A program made the position numbers and the translations under genes. Below, in pieces: positions 28,705 through 42,813 of a stretch of DNA of 64,000 bases (the stretch's first letter is position 1; each line of letters begins with the position of its first letter). Source of the stretch: the human T2T-CHM13v2.0 reference genome, Homo sapiens; contig CP068257.2 in the NCBI GenBank assembly GCA_009914755.4, forward strand, positions 24,704,001 through 24,768,000, read 5' to 3'. The notes under the pieces were generated by a model that worked only from the letters and a program-made list of their open reading frames with translations, ran no database searches and had not been told where the DNA came from.

Positions 28705-30779
28705 CTTTTGTCAACTTCAGATCTCTTGTTATATTCTTGGTGATGATGATGTCAGTTTTACTAATTACGTCAAATCTGAGGTTCCAAAGCAGCTTTAAGA
28801 GAGACTGATATCTATGTGTGACTGCTTCTCTACTTCTGCAATGGAACATTTCAAGTTGTTGTTTTAAGAAATTCCTAAAATAGAATTTTACCCTACTGAT
28901 TTATTTACCTCATTGAAGGTAGAACTCAATGGCTAGTTTTTTTTTCCCGGCATAAACATGCACACACAGTTAGATAACTTTATGACACTTTTTTTTTCAC
29001 TCAACAAAAAGTTACTGAACTTATGCTAGGCCCTTGGCCCTTGGCAAGATTCTGGGAATATAAATACAAATAAGACCTGGTGCTTGCCCTTAAAGAACTC
29101 ATTGTTTAGCAGAGGAAACAGACACTTAAATGGTTGACCATAATATGCAATAATAAGTGTTGTAAAGTATGAACAAAGTGCTAGTCATTAAGAGTAACAG
29201 CCGTAAAGCCATATGTAGTTTTAGCTATATATAGATATAGCTCTGAGACATGAATACACATTAAATTCTTTCAAAAAAAAATCCCAGGAGGCTGAACAAT
29301 GTTATACAATGATGCTTAACATTTTTTTTGGAACACATGCCCTCCACAAGGCACATATTAATTGTCTACACTCAACAGAATTCAAAATAAAATAGTTATA
29401 AAAATAGAACAATGAGAAAAAGAACAGAGAAGTCTCTGTAATTTTGCAATAGGTGGAGGTAAGATGAGGGTAACTAAAGAGACAGTGTTTTAGGTAGCCA
29501 TATGGGTAGAAACCTAGACAAAGGCAAGTGAAAGATAGAGACTATTGATCTTGGCAGGGAAGGTACAGTCATCGTGATGTCTGATGGTCTTGCCAAAAGC
29601 TACAATTTCATGGCTCAGTAGGATTAGTTGGGCAGGAGAGTTTGAAGATACATATATAAAGCTTTAGAAGAGAGGGAGTTATATATTTTTGAAGATAGTA
29701 GATAAGTAACATTAGGACATCTGAGCAGATTGTAACATTTTCTGTGGACTATTGAATTTTTCACTGTCTACATTTAGTGGATTTTTAGAGGACGGGGCAA
29801 AATATGTTATCACGTCTAATCCATAAATAAGATATGGACAATCCTTTGCAGAATATCAACCGTTGCTTCACATTGTCGTTGAAGACAACTGCATGAATAC
29901 TAGTCTTTGTTGCTAGCTGTGATGAATAATAGCTAAGAAAAATACAGAACCCCCAAAACACAGTCTCTGTGTTTCTTGACATCCATGATGAGCAGCATGA
30001 GAAAAGGTGGCATGAATGGCTGCTATAAGGGCTTCCTAGTTCTCATGCTATGTCCCACAAACTATGATTTTAAATTAAAGATTAATTTCTTTGGTTTTTG
30101 CATACCAGGAAAGTCACATTTTCCTCAGTATACAAATAGCCCTGTCCTAATCCTGTAAGTTTGGGAAAGAAAAGTTAAAGGGGGAGGTGGGAATGTGATA
30201 AGACAATTCATCCATTCATTCATTTATTCAACAAACATTCATTTTGGAAGGTTCAATGGCATGTAGGTCTCAATGGAGTCAAACATTTCTGGATGTAAAT
30301 AACTAGAGAAGGGGGTTGGTAATGATGGGAGATGGTGATTGGAAGAAAAGTGATTGTTGAAGTGAGATTGTGAGTGGAGTGTTGTTATTGGCAATCACAA
30401 GACCTAGGGCAGTGCCTTCTAGTATTTTTTTTTCTATTGTGGTGCATATAGAAAGTGAAAATATTTATATAGCATATCTGGCTGGGGGCTTTAGGTGCTC
30501 CCATCCTGCTCAGCATCTGTGAGGGGCCAAAGAGCTCAACACCTCATGGACATGAGTTGGAGAGTTTGCTTGGTGCTATGACCATGGGAGTGGATGGCTG
30601 GGCCAGAATGATGAACCAGGAACTGAGAGGCCAAGGTGTTGGAAAGCTTACACACATAGAAATCAATCACCAAGGATTAATGACAGAGGTCATGTAGGAG
30701 ACAGCAACAGGACTCAATCAAAAAATAAGATCTTCAAAGAGGGCTGCAGACAACAGCAACAAGGAAGGATTGCTGTCTG

Positions 30780-31172
30780 ATTGTATTAGTCTGCTGGGGC
30801 TGCCTTAACAAATACCACAGGCTAGGTGGCTTAAACAACAGACATTTATTTTCTCACAGTTCTGGAGTCTAGAAGTCCAAGATCTAGGTGTTGGCAGGGT
30901 TGGTTCCTTCTGGGACCTTTCTCCTTGACTTGTAGATGGCTGTCTTCTCCCCTTTTCTTCCCAGGATCTTTCCTCTGTGTATGTTTGTGTCCTAATCTCC
31001 TCTTCTTATAAGGACATGAGTAATATTGGAGTAAGGCCCACTCTAATCATCTCATTTAACCTTAACCACCTCTTTAAATATCCCATATCCAAATCACATT
31101 CTATGGTACTGGGAGTTAGGACTTCAGCATATGAATTTGAGGGTGGGGGACATGATTCAGTTTATAACAGCA
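30780..31172 (+). mobile_element. MLT1-family MaLR LTR
   Basis: gtattagtctgctggggctgccttaacaaataccacaggctaggtggcttaaacaacagacatttattttctcacagttctggagtctagaagtccaagatctaggtgttggcagggttggttccttctggg...cctcttcttataaggacatgagtaatattggagtaaggcccactctaatcatctcatttaaccttaaccacctctttaaatatcccatatccaaatcacattctatggtactgggagttaggacttcagcatatgaatttgagggtggggg closely follows the MLT1 consensus. Confidence 0.65.
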
Positions 31173-32289
31173 ATGATATGAGCCTTAAGGTTGGGGAGGG
31201 TATAGGGAAGAGGGAGGGAGAATTCTCTGAAAGGGGCAATAAAGAGCAACAAGGCCACCTACTCCACCTCCAGACCTAGGAGGGAAAATAGCCATCGCTA
31301 AAGAGGGAAGCAAAGAAAACCATATCCTCGGGGGAACAAAAAGGTGAAGGGAAGATTAGGAGAAGAGGGTGACATTCTAGGGGATTTTATGCCTGGGAAT
31401 ATGGTGACACATCTCACACTTTTCTGACTCATCCATGTTGCATGTAGACACAAAATACACCTAGGAAATGGAATGTCTTATATGTGCTTGTGAAAAGTCT
31501 TCTTCTGCTCCTCCACCCAGGCTCATTCAGGGAGTCTCTTCCTTCCCAGGGCCCCTGAGAGTTACACTTTGCACCATCTCAATGGTGCAGTTCTCTATAA
31601 ATATGCTGATATCTGCACTTTCTGAAGCTTTCAAGGTGTAAAAATAGTGTTGTTTCCTCCTTTTGTGCACAATGAGCCTGAATCACACTGGGCTTCTTAA
31701 AGAAATGGGGGTAGACCCCTCCTCTGCTTGGAAATGTGCTTTGTCCCCTGGACCTTAGTCTCAGGGGCCCCTTGTGAAAACAGTGCCTTCCTCCATCTTT
31801 GGCCTGTTGCAGCTCCATTCATTTCTTGCAGGAGTGGTCTCTGCACCCAGGCTGGATAACAGACACGGTATAGTCCTCCTCAGTGGTTCTCTTTTTCTCC
31901 AGGTCATTATCTCTGTCTCTTAGGTGAACATGAAGCCTTTAGGGCAAATTAAATCATAAAGACTGAGATATCTTGGGCCTACAACCAGTTCATCAAGCAT
32001 ATATAGTGCTTGATCCCTAACAGCAGATCCAGCTTGCTCCTCTGCTTGGTCTCTGTTCCCCTGCTACCCTCTTTCCACCACTCAGGTCTCAGTCAAACAC
32101 TACCCCTTCTCCAAAAGACCTTTCCTGACCACTTTGCTGAAAGAAGTACCCCACTTCCCCTCCACAGTCATTCTCTATCACAGGAACCCACTTTATTATC
32201 TCCCTGTGACAGTCGTTCTCTGGAATTATTTTGCATTTTTCTTGCTCACGTTCCATGACCCTCGCCCCATTAGGATAGCTCTTGTGTCT

Positions 32290-32375
32290 GGTTCATCAGT
32301 GCCTAGAACAGTGCTTATCACATGTTATTTGTTCAACAAATATTTATCAGATGAATAAATTGATGGTTCATTCAT
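32290..32375 (+). mobile_element. MIR 3'-end fragment
   Basis: gtgcctagaacagtgcttatcacatgttatttgttcaacaaatatttatcagatgaataaattgatgg matches the MIR tail …cttagaacagtgcctggcacatagtaagcgctcaataaatgtt. Confidence 0.45.
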
Positions 32376-33082
32376 CGGAAAGCAGTGAGCAGCACTGGCA
32401 TGGCCTTTGGTTTTATCATCCAATTTTTTAGTGAAAAAATGGTTTTTAATCTGATCTATTTTGAGCCCATTTTAGTTTCATTGAAAGCCAATTTGCATTT
32501 GAACACTTGATCTTGCTAGAGTGAAGCATACTCTAAGATTGACCTGATTTACTCATAATACACAAAAATCAGTAAGTCCTGAGACTTTGTATTATTTCTG
32601 TTTCATCCGTGGCATTCATTCTGCTTTCTAACTAACTTATCATAAGTATCTTTTGGTTGTCTGCCAGTCAGTAGGCCAGGGGATCTGGAAATATTCTTCG
32701 GGTTGCCATTCTTGATGTTCCAGCACCCAGAGGCAAATGGACACTGATGTGCTTGACAAGAGCCTCCTTTTGTAACCCTATCAGTAATTGCCCTTCCTAT
32801 GTGACCCAACGGGGGTTTAGGTAGGATGTGGGCTGCAGCGCTAACTCTGATATCTCCTTGGTGGGTTGGGGAGCCTACCATTGCCACTTCATTCTAATTC
32901 ATGCCCCTGGTTTTTCCATACAAGCCTAACTCAGAGATACTGCAAATTCATTTCCAGCCCACCACAATAAAGCGGGTGTTGCAATGAAGCAAGTCGTGGA
33001 AATTTTTTGGTCTCCCAATGCAAATAAAAGTTGTGTTTACACTATGCTATTGTCTATTAAGTGTGCAATAGCATTATGTCTA

Positions 33083-33408
<326 letters not shown>

Positions 33409-36400
33409 GCATACCTCAATTAAAAAATACTTTATTGGTAAACAGTGCTAACAATTATCTGGGCCTTCAGTGAGTTGGAATTTTTTTTTGCTCAAAGAGG
33501 GTCGAATCTTGCTGCTGAGAGCTTTCAACTGGATTAGGCTTTGATTTATGGGACTGTTGTGGTGGTTTGAGCTTCTATCCATACCACTCAGACTTTCTAC
33601 ATATCAATAATATGCTACTTCACTTTTTTTTAATCATTCATGTGTTCACCAGAGTAGCACTTTTAATTTCCTTCAAGAGCTTTTCCTTTGCATTCACAAC
33701 TTGGCTGTTTGATGCAAGAGGCCAAGCTTTTAGCCTATCTCTGTTTTCCACATGACTTTCTCACTAAGCTTAATCATGTCTAACTTTTGATTTTAAGTGA
33801 GAGACATGTGACTCTTTCTTTCACTTGAACATATAGAGGCCATTGTAGGGTTATTAACTGGCCTAATTTCAGTATTGCTATGTGTCAGAGAAGAGGGAGG
33901 CCTGAGGAGAGGATGAGAGATTGAGGAATGACTGGTTGGTGAAGGAGTCAGAACACACACAACATTTACCAGTTAAGTTCACTGTTTTACTGGGTGTCAT
34001 TTGTGGTGCCCCCCAAACAATTACAATAATAACTCAAAGATCACTGAGCATAGATCACCATAAAGGAGAGAATAATAATGAAAGAGTTTGAAATATTGTG
34101 AGAATTCCAAAATGTGACACAGAGACACACAGTGAGAAAAATGGTGCTGATAGACTTGCTCAATGCAGGGTTGCCACAAACCTTCAATTTGTAAAAAATG
34201 CAGAGGCTATGACATGCAATAAAGCAAAATGCAACAAAACAAGGTATACCTGTATTTGCTTTTGGCCTTCTTTGCCTTGCCTCCAATTGAAAATTTGGAT
34301 AATGACCTTGTCTTTCATGACTAGTTGACAGCAGGTATTGTGGACAACTCCCAGTGACTCAGTCCATCCTGATTAATTTAGACTTTGTTAACAATGGAAC
34401 TGTGTAGGACTGGACTTGAGTTTATTCTCCATACTTTGGATTTGATGTTTTTTTTCATCCTCAGGGAGCCAGTTATCCTTCTGTGAGTATCTCTCAACTT
34501 CACTTACTTTGGTGCGATCTAGGCCCTTCATCCAGGCTTCATCTCTTCAAAAGAGTTCCCAGCATGTTTTCCTGCTTATGAGTTATTCCAGTCACAAATT
34601 CATCCAGCCGTCTCCTATAGAAACAGGTGTTCATAAAAATCAAATGCAGAGAGATGTCAAAGATAGAATACATTAAAAGAATATAAACTTACAGCTTATT
34701 TTCAGAAGATTTACCTTAATGGGATGTTAAGCTTTGTTTAGGTATTTAAATAACTGGAGTAAAATTCAATGTTATGCAGACATTTATCATAAGAATATCA
34801 ATAATCAAATTAAGTCCCTGAATAATAAGAGCTACATGCTCTTATTAAGTTAAATTATGGTCACTCATTCAATCTGTTTCCCCTCACCAACATGAAAATG
34901 GGCTTTTCCTGTTTCATAGAAAACTGAACAATTTATTTCAGTCATTGATGGAGTAGGTCAGTGTTTATCTTCATGAGTTGATATTAAATATTCTCTAACT
35001 ATAAAAATTATTAGTGCTACTGTAGCAAAGAAGCATTCCAAGATAAAGAGAGGGAAAATCCCATAGCCAAATTGGAGTTAAAGTAGTAGGATACAGATAG
35101 TATCATGTGCCCAAAGTCAAGATATTCATTCATTCTGTGGATGCATCATATGAAAAAAGTCCAGGAAGGTAGTCCTGAAAGTTAGGGTCTTAGCCAAGGG
35201 GCAACCATGTTTCTTTTGTTTCTGACATTATATACATATAAGAGCACCTTTGGGTGAATATTTCACTATAATAAGTGTAATAATTATTAATTCTCAAGAC
35301 TGATTACAATGCAAGTATCATATTGAATCATTGTATGAATATAAAATATTTAAACCAAATAAAATATATTAGTCATACATTTAAAAATGTTAATCAAATG
35401 TATTTGCCTAGATTCTTTCAAATTGGAAAATTTTTATAATTAATAAACCACTTTAAGAATTGTAAAATACTGAAGCAGATGCTCATCACTCACTGTGGGT
35501 CCTGTCTGTGGAATGAAATGCAGTTCTTTCTGCTTTATTCCTGTTGGTGGTTTGTTTAGCTTTCTTCAAGAGGGAGACATAAAAAATAAGTGAACCACTG
35601 ACATATTGGAGTTACGACAGTTGCCTGTTTTGACCTTGACTTCCACTATAATATTAGGTAATTAGACTAAGAGGAGTCTTTTAAAATAACATACATCAAG
35701 CAACATGTGACTTGATATTGACAGGAAATGTTATCTCTTGTACCTATGAATAGGAAGTTATTTATAAGGAATAGGGTAAAAGGAGTCTTCATGTCCCCAA
35801 ACATCCTTCTGCAGTAGCCAACCATGGGATCTGAGATGCCGCTGTTGTAGATGCTTTCCCTGGGTGCTGATTTCACAGGTCTTGGTAACACCATGAAATG
35901 AAATAGCACCAAGGTTTAACTTGGAGGCACAGGTATTTCCAAATACCGGGAACTCAGAAATCTCATCTTATACTTTCTGTTATTCCTTATAACACCTAAC
36001 AACATGGTAGACTTGCAGTATATGCAATATTGAAAAAAATGTAACAATGAAACTCTTTACAGTCTTTGCAATTATCAAGACACTAAGAAGTTGACTATGT
36101 TATAAAAGAGAAAACCTTTTGACAAATTGTAAGAAAAAATAAAAGGGGTGTCTGCATTAGGTAAAATTCATTCACTTATCCATTTATCAGGCATTCGTTG
36201 AGCACATAACCGGTCCTCAAATAGCAAATATACAGTTGCACTACAAGGAGGATAGGTACTACCTTAGCAGTAGGCTTGTGCAAGGCTGACATTCAGGTGG
36301 TACTCACAGGAAAGCCTGTACTAAATGTTAAAATTAAAGTACCTCTTTACTGGTTGATAGTCACTGTTCCACATCCTCTAAATGACTCTTTGTTGCCCTG

Positions 36401-36418
36401 GCTTCTCTGAACCCTTCC

Positions 36419-38746
36419 TGATATGGTTTGACTGTGTCCCCACCCAATCTCATCTTGAATTGTAGTTCCCATAATCCCCACGTGTCATGGGAGGGACCAG
36501 GCGGAGATAATTAAATCATAGGGGCAGTTTTCCCCGTCTTATTCTTGTGATAGTAAGTGAGTTCTCACAAAATCTGACGGGTTTATAAGTGACTTTTCTT
36601 CCTTTTGCTTGGCACTTCTCCTTGCTGCTGTCATGTGAAGAAGAATGTGTTTGCTTCCCCTTCTGCCAGATTGTAAGTATCCTGAGGTCTCCCCAGTCCT
36701 GTGAAACTGTGAGTCAATTAAACCTCTTTCCTTTATAAATTACCCAGTCTCCAGTATGTATTTATTAGCATGAGAATGGACTAATACAGTAGATTGGTAC
36801 TGCAGAGAGTGGAGTGCTGCTGTAAAGATACCCAAAAATGTGGAAGTGAGTTTGAAACTGGGTATCAAGCAGGGGTTGGAACCATTTGGAGGGCTTGGAA
36901 GAAGACAGGAAAATGTGGGAAAGTTTGGAACTTTCTAGAGATTTAGAGGGCTCAGAAGACAGGAAGATTTGGGAAAGTTTAGAACTTCCTAGAGACTTGT
37001 TGAATAGCTTCGACCAAAATGCTGATAGTGATATGAACAATAAAGTCCAGGCTGAAGTTGTCTCAGATGGAGATGAGGAAATAGTTTGAAACTAGAGCAA
37101 AGGCGACTCTTATTATGCTTTAGCAAAGGGACTGGTGGCATTTTGCCCCTGACCTAGAGATCTGTGGAACTTTGAACTTGAGAGAGATAATTTAAGGTAT
37201 CTGGTGGAAGATATTTATAAGCAGTAAAGCATTCAAGAGGTGATAGAACATAAAAGTTTGGAAAATTTGCAGCCTAATGATGCAGTAGAAAAGAAAAACC
37301 CATTTTCTGGGGATAAATTCAAGCTGACTGCAGAAATTTGCATAAGTTACAAGAAGCCAAATGCTAACCACCAAGGCAATAAGGAAAATGTCTCCAGGGC
37401 ATGTCAGAGACCTTTGGGGAAGCCCCTGCATCACAGGCTGGAGGCCTAGGAGGGAAAAATGGTTTCCTGGGCTGGGCCCATGACCCCCAAGTTCTGTGCA
37501 GCCTTGGGACATGGTGCCTGGCATCACAGCTGCTTCAGTTCCAGCCCTGGCTAAAAGGTGCCAATGTACAGCTCAGGCCATGGTTTCAGAGGATGCAAGC
37601 CCCAAGGCTTGATGACTTACATGTGGTATTGAGCCTGTGGGTGCACAGAAGTCAAGAACTGAGGTTTGGGAACCTCTGCCTAGATTTCAGAGGATGTACA
37701 GAAATGCCCAGATGTCCAGGCAGAAGTCTGCTACAGGGGCAAATCCCTCATGGAGAATCTGCCAGGGCACTGCAGAAGGGAAATGTGGGGTAGGAACCTC
37801 CACACAGAGTCCCCACTGGGCCACTTCCTAGTGGAGATATGAGAAGACGTCATTGTCCTCCAGACCTCAGAATGGCAGATCCACAGACCGCTTGCACCAT
37901 GCATGTGGAAAAGCTGCAGACACTCAAAGCCAGCCCATGAAAGCAGCCAGGATGGGGGTTGTACCTTGCAAAGCCACAGGAGTGGCACTGCCCAAGGCCA
38001 TGGGAGCCCACCTCTTGCATCTGCATGACTTGGATGTGAGACATGGATTCAAACAAGATCATTTTGAAACTTTAAGATTTATTGACTGCCCTATTGGATT
38101 TTGGACTTGCAAGGGGCCTGTAGCCCCTTTGTTTTGGCCATTTTCTCCATTTTGAACAGGTATATTTACCCAATGCCTGTACCTAGGAAGTAATTAACTT
38201 GTTTTTGATTTTACAGGCTCTTAGGAGGAAGGGACTTGCCTTGTCTCAGATGAGACTTTTGACTTGGACTTTTGGGTTAATGCTTCAATGAGTTAAGACT
38301 TTAGGGGACTGTTGAGAAGGCATGGTTGTGTTTTGAAATGTGAGGACATGAGATTTATGAGGGGCCAGGGGTGGAATGATATGATTTGGGTATGTCCCCA
38401 CACAAATCTCATTTTGAATTGTAGTTTCCATAATCCCCACATGTTGTAGGAGGGACCAGGTAGAAATAATTAAATTATGGGGGTGGCTTCCTTCATCCTG
38501 TTCTCATGACAGTGAGTTCTCACGAGATCTGATGGTGTTATAAGGAGCTTTACCTCCTTTCCTTGGCACTTCTCCTTGCTGTCACCATGTGAAGAAGGAT
38601 GTGTTTGCTTCCCCTTCTGCCATGATTGTAAGTTTTCTGAGGCCTCCCCAGCTCTCTGGAACTGTGAGTCAAGTAAACCTCTTTCCTTTGTAAATTACGT
38701 AGTCTCAGGTATGTCTTTATTAGCAGCATGAGAATGGACTAATACA
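36419..38746 (+). mobile_element. Full-length ERVL-MaLR element (THE1/MST-like) of 2328 bp. The 5' LTR is 36419-36788, the internal region is 36789-38376 (about 1.59 kb) and the 3' LTR is 38377-38746. A perfect 5-bp TSD, CTTCC, lies at 36414-36418 and 38747-38751.
   Basis: Both LTRs start (t)gatatgRtttgRNtRtgtccccac…aatctcatYttgaattgtagtt(t)cccataatccccacRtgt and end …tatttattagcatgagaatggactaataca / …gtctttattagcagcatgagaatggactaataca. The internal region begins gtagattggtactgcagagagtggagtgctgctgtaaagatacccaaaaatgtggaagtgagtttgaaactggg, as THE1/MST-int does. The LTR pair is only about 85% identical, so this is an old insertion. Confidence 0.85.
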
Positions 38747-39367
38747 CTTCCTTAGGATTCCCTGTGCTTCATTTTGGTCCAGTAATTAAGATTTGACATC
38801 TAGTACACTACTCCAACCCCAGCACAATTCTGATTGGTTGGTACCAACCTGTTCTTAATTATTTTAAATATTATTACCCCTTTGTACCTGCTGGAAGAGC
38901 AGTGGTTCTCAAGCTTCTGTTACTCTTTAGGATCAAAACAGCTGACTGAGTTCACCCAAGAACTCTCAAATTATAACCCTCCAGGTGGGGTCTGCAGGCT
39001 GGTTAAGAATAGTTGTGTTAGAGGAACATAGCTGAAGGGTATGGCCTGTTACTTGGAAAGGGACTCACCAGTTACATAATGAGACCTTTGTCTGGGGAAG
39101 GAGCAACTCTAAGCCAGTGGGTCTCAATCTTGGCTGCCCATTGGAATGAATAATAAGGAAAAAAACCCCAATACCAGGATGTTATTCCAGAGATTCCAGT
39201 TTAATTGGACTGGAGTGTGGCCTGGGCACTGAGTTGTTCTTTTTTTTTTTTTTTTTTTTTTAAACACTTCCCATCCATTTTTATGTGCAGCCAAAGTCGA
39301 GACCCACTGCTTTAAGCAGAGAATAAAGCAAGTTAGAACATCTAGCCTTGAAAGTATGTATAAATGG

Positions 39368-39591
39368 ACACAGGAAGGGGAACATCACACTCTGGGGACT
39401 GTTGTGGGGTTGGGGGAGGGATAGCATTGGGAGATATACCTAATGCTAGATGACGAGTTAGTGGGTGCAGCGCACCAGCATGGCACATGTATACATATGT
39501 AATTAACCTGCACATTGTGCACATGTACCCTAAAACTTAAAGTATAATAATAAAAAATAAAATAAAATAAAATATAAACTTTAAAAAAAAA
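39368..39591 (+). mobile_element. L1 extreme 3'-end fragment (~225 bp, sense) with poly-A. An 18-bp TSD, gaaagtatgtataaRtgg, lies at 39350-39367 and 39592-39609.
   Basis: acacaggaaggggaacatcacactctggggactgttgtggggttgggggagggatagcattgggagatatacctaatgctagatgacgagttagtgggtgcagcgcaccagcatggcacatgtatacatatgtaattaacctgcacattgtgcacatgtaccctaaaacttaaagtataataataaaaaataaaat…aaaaaaaaa. The flanking 18-mers match at 17 of 18 positions. Confidence 0.88.
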
Positions 39592-40745
39592 GAAAGTATG
39601 TATAAGTGGCTTGGAAATAGAAGAAAAAGGATATATTGATAACATGTGTGTGTGTGAGACAGAGAGCAAGAGACAGGGAAAGAGCATGTAAATTAAATTA
39701 ACTAAATAAAGGGATATAGTATAAAAGGACTCAAAGACAGATTTTCTTAAGGTTTTCCTAGATCCTAGTAATTGCATTATTATCATTTGGTTTTCTTTAG
39801 TGTGTCTCCCAGTGATTGACAGATTGGGCAATTCTGATCATAAGGATTCTGGTCTCTAAGTGTCCAGAATGTATAGAGCATTATAAAAACAGCTTAGCTT
39901 ACTAATTGCAGCTTCCTTCCCTCTTTGCAGCTTCTTTTCCTAACTCTGCACTGCAGGCCCAGTATATTTTGTAACCCCCCCAAATCTCATTTGCGGCCAG
40001 AATTGTGACATCAACTCTTTTTTTTCTGGTGTGGTTTGGAATTAAATCATGGTGAGAACTAATTTCAGAACCCTCGGGCGAGTCATGGCTGTTTGAGCAA
40101 CTCTTAACTTTGCAGCTTTCATAAGTGCTCATTGTCTAAATGTATGCCCATTTCTTGGAACTGAGCTTCTATTTTGAATCTAACTTTGTATTGTCAATAC
40201 CCTCTAGGCAAATACCACCAGGAACACACCTATAATCAAACAAATTGAGTTTATGATTTGTTGCAGAAGGAGAACATATACTGTAGGAAACTATGGGGTG
40301 TCTAAGAGAGCGGGTGTTAGAAAGACCTTCTTACAGGATTTGGGCTTTGGTTGAGTGATGTCAGAGAGGGTCCACAAAGCAGGTGTTCACTCTCGATTGA
40401 ACGCTGTCAGAAAGTGGGGGCAATTCTATAATTGGGTATCTTAATATATCTTATTTATAGAGATGGTAGATTAATTATAAAGTAGCAGTCACACATTTTG
40501 GCTAAGAGACAAAATATCTGGCATTTTGTGGGTAGCATAGTGACCTTGGTTTTATCTTTCCTTGGATAAAATTATGAAGTGGACTTGTTTTACCTCACTT
40601 TATCATGGTCTCAGAGTAAACTCGTTTGACGTTGGCATTCTGTGAGATTGTTTAACAGGAGAATAACTTGACATAACTGTGTGTGCTACACCAGCTTCTG
40701 GGGGCCAGGGCTGCCTTTCCCCTACTACTTCTCAGTAGTGTGCAT

Positions 40746-41052
40746 GTTTTTGTTTTTTTTGACAAGGTTTCACTGTCATCCAGGCTGGAGTGCAGTGGTG
40801 CGATCACAGTTCACTGCAGCCTTGACTTCTTGGGTTCAGGTGATTCTGCCACCTCAGCTTCCTGAGTAGCTGGGATTACAGGCATGCACCACCATACCCA
40901 GCTAATTTTTTTGTAGTTTTCGTAGAGATGGGGTTTTGCCATGTTGCCCAGGGCTAGTTTCAAACCCCTGGGCTCAAGTGATCTGCCCACTTTGGCTTCC
41001 CAAAATGTTGGGATTACATGCCTGAACCACTGTCCCCAGCCCTGCATGGTTA
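40746..41052 (-). mobile_element. Alu SINE (older, AluJ/S-like), antisense
   Basis: tttttgttttttttgacaaggtttcactgtcatccaggctggagtgcagtggtgcgatcacagttcactgcagccttgacttcttgggttcaggtgattctgccacctcagcttcctgagtagctgggattacaggcatgcaccaccatacccagc...ggcttcccaaaatgttgggattacatgcctgaaccactgtccccagcc. Confidence 0.85.
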
Positions 41053-41923
41053 TACTGCCCAAAATCCCAGTTTCTTTCTAAAACTAGTGTTACAGCTCTT
41101 TTACTCCCATGGTTAGACAAGTTCTGAGTTCTTGTCCCACAACTGAGAAGAATGAGGTACACAGACATCAGAAAGTGAGTAAGGCAGAATAGAATTTATT
41201 GAGCAACAGAAACACTCTTGACAGTGAGAGGGGACCCAAAGGTGTGTTGCTAGCCATGAGGCTAAGTCTAGGGATTTTTATGGGCTTGAAATGGGGAAGT
41301 GCATGCTGGTTGGTCTATGAGTATGTTTGAAAAAGCACCATTCAGAAATAGGCACAATAGTGTAGATGACCTTTTGGGGAAGGGTATGTCTACATAAAAT
41401 AGGTGAAGGAAAAGGACCAATTTGGAGAGAGCATGCCAAATGGAAATGGGAGCTCTCGATCTGGTTCGTGGATTTACACTTTGGTTTTCAGGCTTTAGAT
41501 TGTCCTTGGCTTGAAGGTTGAGTTTCACTGGGGACCCATCCCTTTTTGCCTAGGAATTTACCTGCCATGGTGATGGTGGTTCTGTAGCCACTGCAGAGGA
41601 TGGGATAAAGTTCTGAAGGCCTAAAAGCTGACCTCACACTGCAGCCTGCCACTTTGGTTCTATCTTGTCAAGCTTCCTTCCCAATAACTGAATGGGTCCC
41701 ACTGTTACCAACTCTTGCTTCCGTTGAACTTGTTCTGACAACCTTACTGAACAAGCCAATGATTCTGCTGGCCCAGCTTGTTCAACTCTGGTAGTTGCAT
41801 GAAGCTAGTTATGGTGACCAGAATTTCTCTTCTTTTCAGCACATCACCACCTTCTGCTAGCTATGCAATGCTCTCCATCCTACAGGACTCACATCCAGGT
41901 GAGTTTGTGTGAGAAGAAACACT

Positions 41924-42223
41924 TATTTTATTTTATTTTTTGGGACAGAGTTTCACTCTTGTCACCCAGGCTATAGTGCAATGGTGCAATTTCAGCTCAC
42001 TGCAACCTCTGCCTCCCAGGTTCAAGTGATTCTCCTGCCTCAGCCTCCTGAGTAGCTGGGATTACAGGTGTGCACCACCATACCTGGCTAGTTTTTGTAT
42101 TTTAGTAGAGACGAGGTTTGACCATGTTGGCCAGGTTGGTCTCGAACTCCTGACTTCAGATGATGTGCCCAACTTGGCCTCCCGAAGTGCTGGGATTACA
42201 GGCATGAGCCACTGTGCCTGGCC
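41924..42223 (-). mobile_element. Alu SINE, antisense. A perfect 10-bp TSD, gaaacactta, lies at 41914-41923 and 42226-42235.
   Basis: ttttattttattttttgggacagagtttcactcttgtcacccaggctatagtgcaatggtgcaatttcagctcactgcaacctctgcctcccaggttcaagtgattctcctgcctcagcctcctgagtagctgggattacaggtgtgcaccaccatacctggc...ggcctcccgaagtgctgggattacaggcatgagccactgtgcctggcc. Confidence 0.9.
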
Positions 42224-42430
42224 TGAAACACTTACACTGAGTCAAATTTGTCTCTTTAAACCTCTCTTCTAACTTTGTTCTGTTTCTGCATGACAGCCCT
42301 TTAGAATTTTTATTGATTACATGTTTGCTGAATGAATACATCGTCTCCAAAATACCAGCATTTAGTAATATGTAGCCTTTTCTTTTGTTTAGGAAGCTTG
42401 GAATATTAAAAACAAATGTGAAATATATGA

Positions 42431-42813
<383 letters not shown>

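Noticed and set aside
27595-28849. 184-aa and 243-aa overlapping minus-strand ORFs
   Set aside because: Both are frame-shifted pieces of L1 ORF2p within the antisense L1 at 27382-28704. The first ~55 codons of the 243-aa ORF run into non-L1 flank by chance.
28860-28895. A 22-mer aattcctaaaatagaatttta shared with 47958-47982
   Set aside because: It is a short AT-rich match, most likely chance or a tiny fragment of an old repeat. There is no extended similarity on either side.
37401-38155. Cluster of 64-130-aa ORFs on both strands
   Set aside because: They lie in the internal region of the full-length MaLR element. MaLR internal sequence is known to lack gag/pol genes. These are chance ORFs in moderately GC-rich retroelement DNA.
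39385-39831. 148-aa minus-strand ORF
   Set aside because: Its C-terminal third is antisense read-through of the L1 3' tip (…VHVHNVQVNYICIHVPCWCAAPTNSSSSIRYISQCYPSPNPTT, also seen at 13594..13908). The remainder is AT-rich low-complexity sequence.
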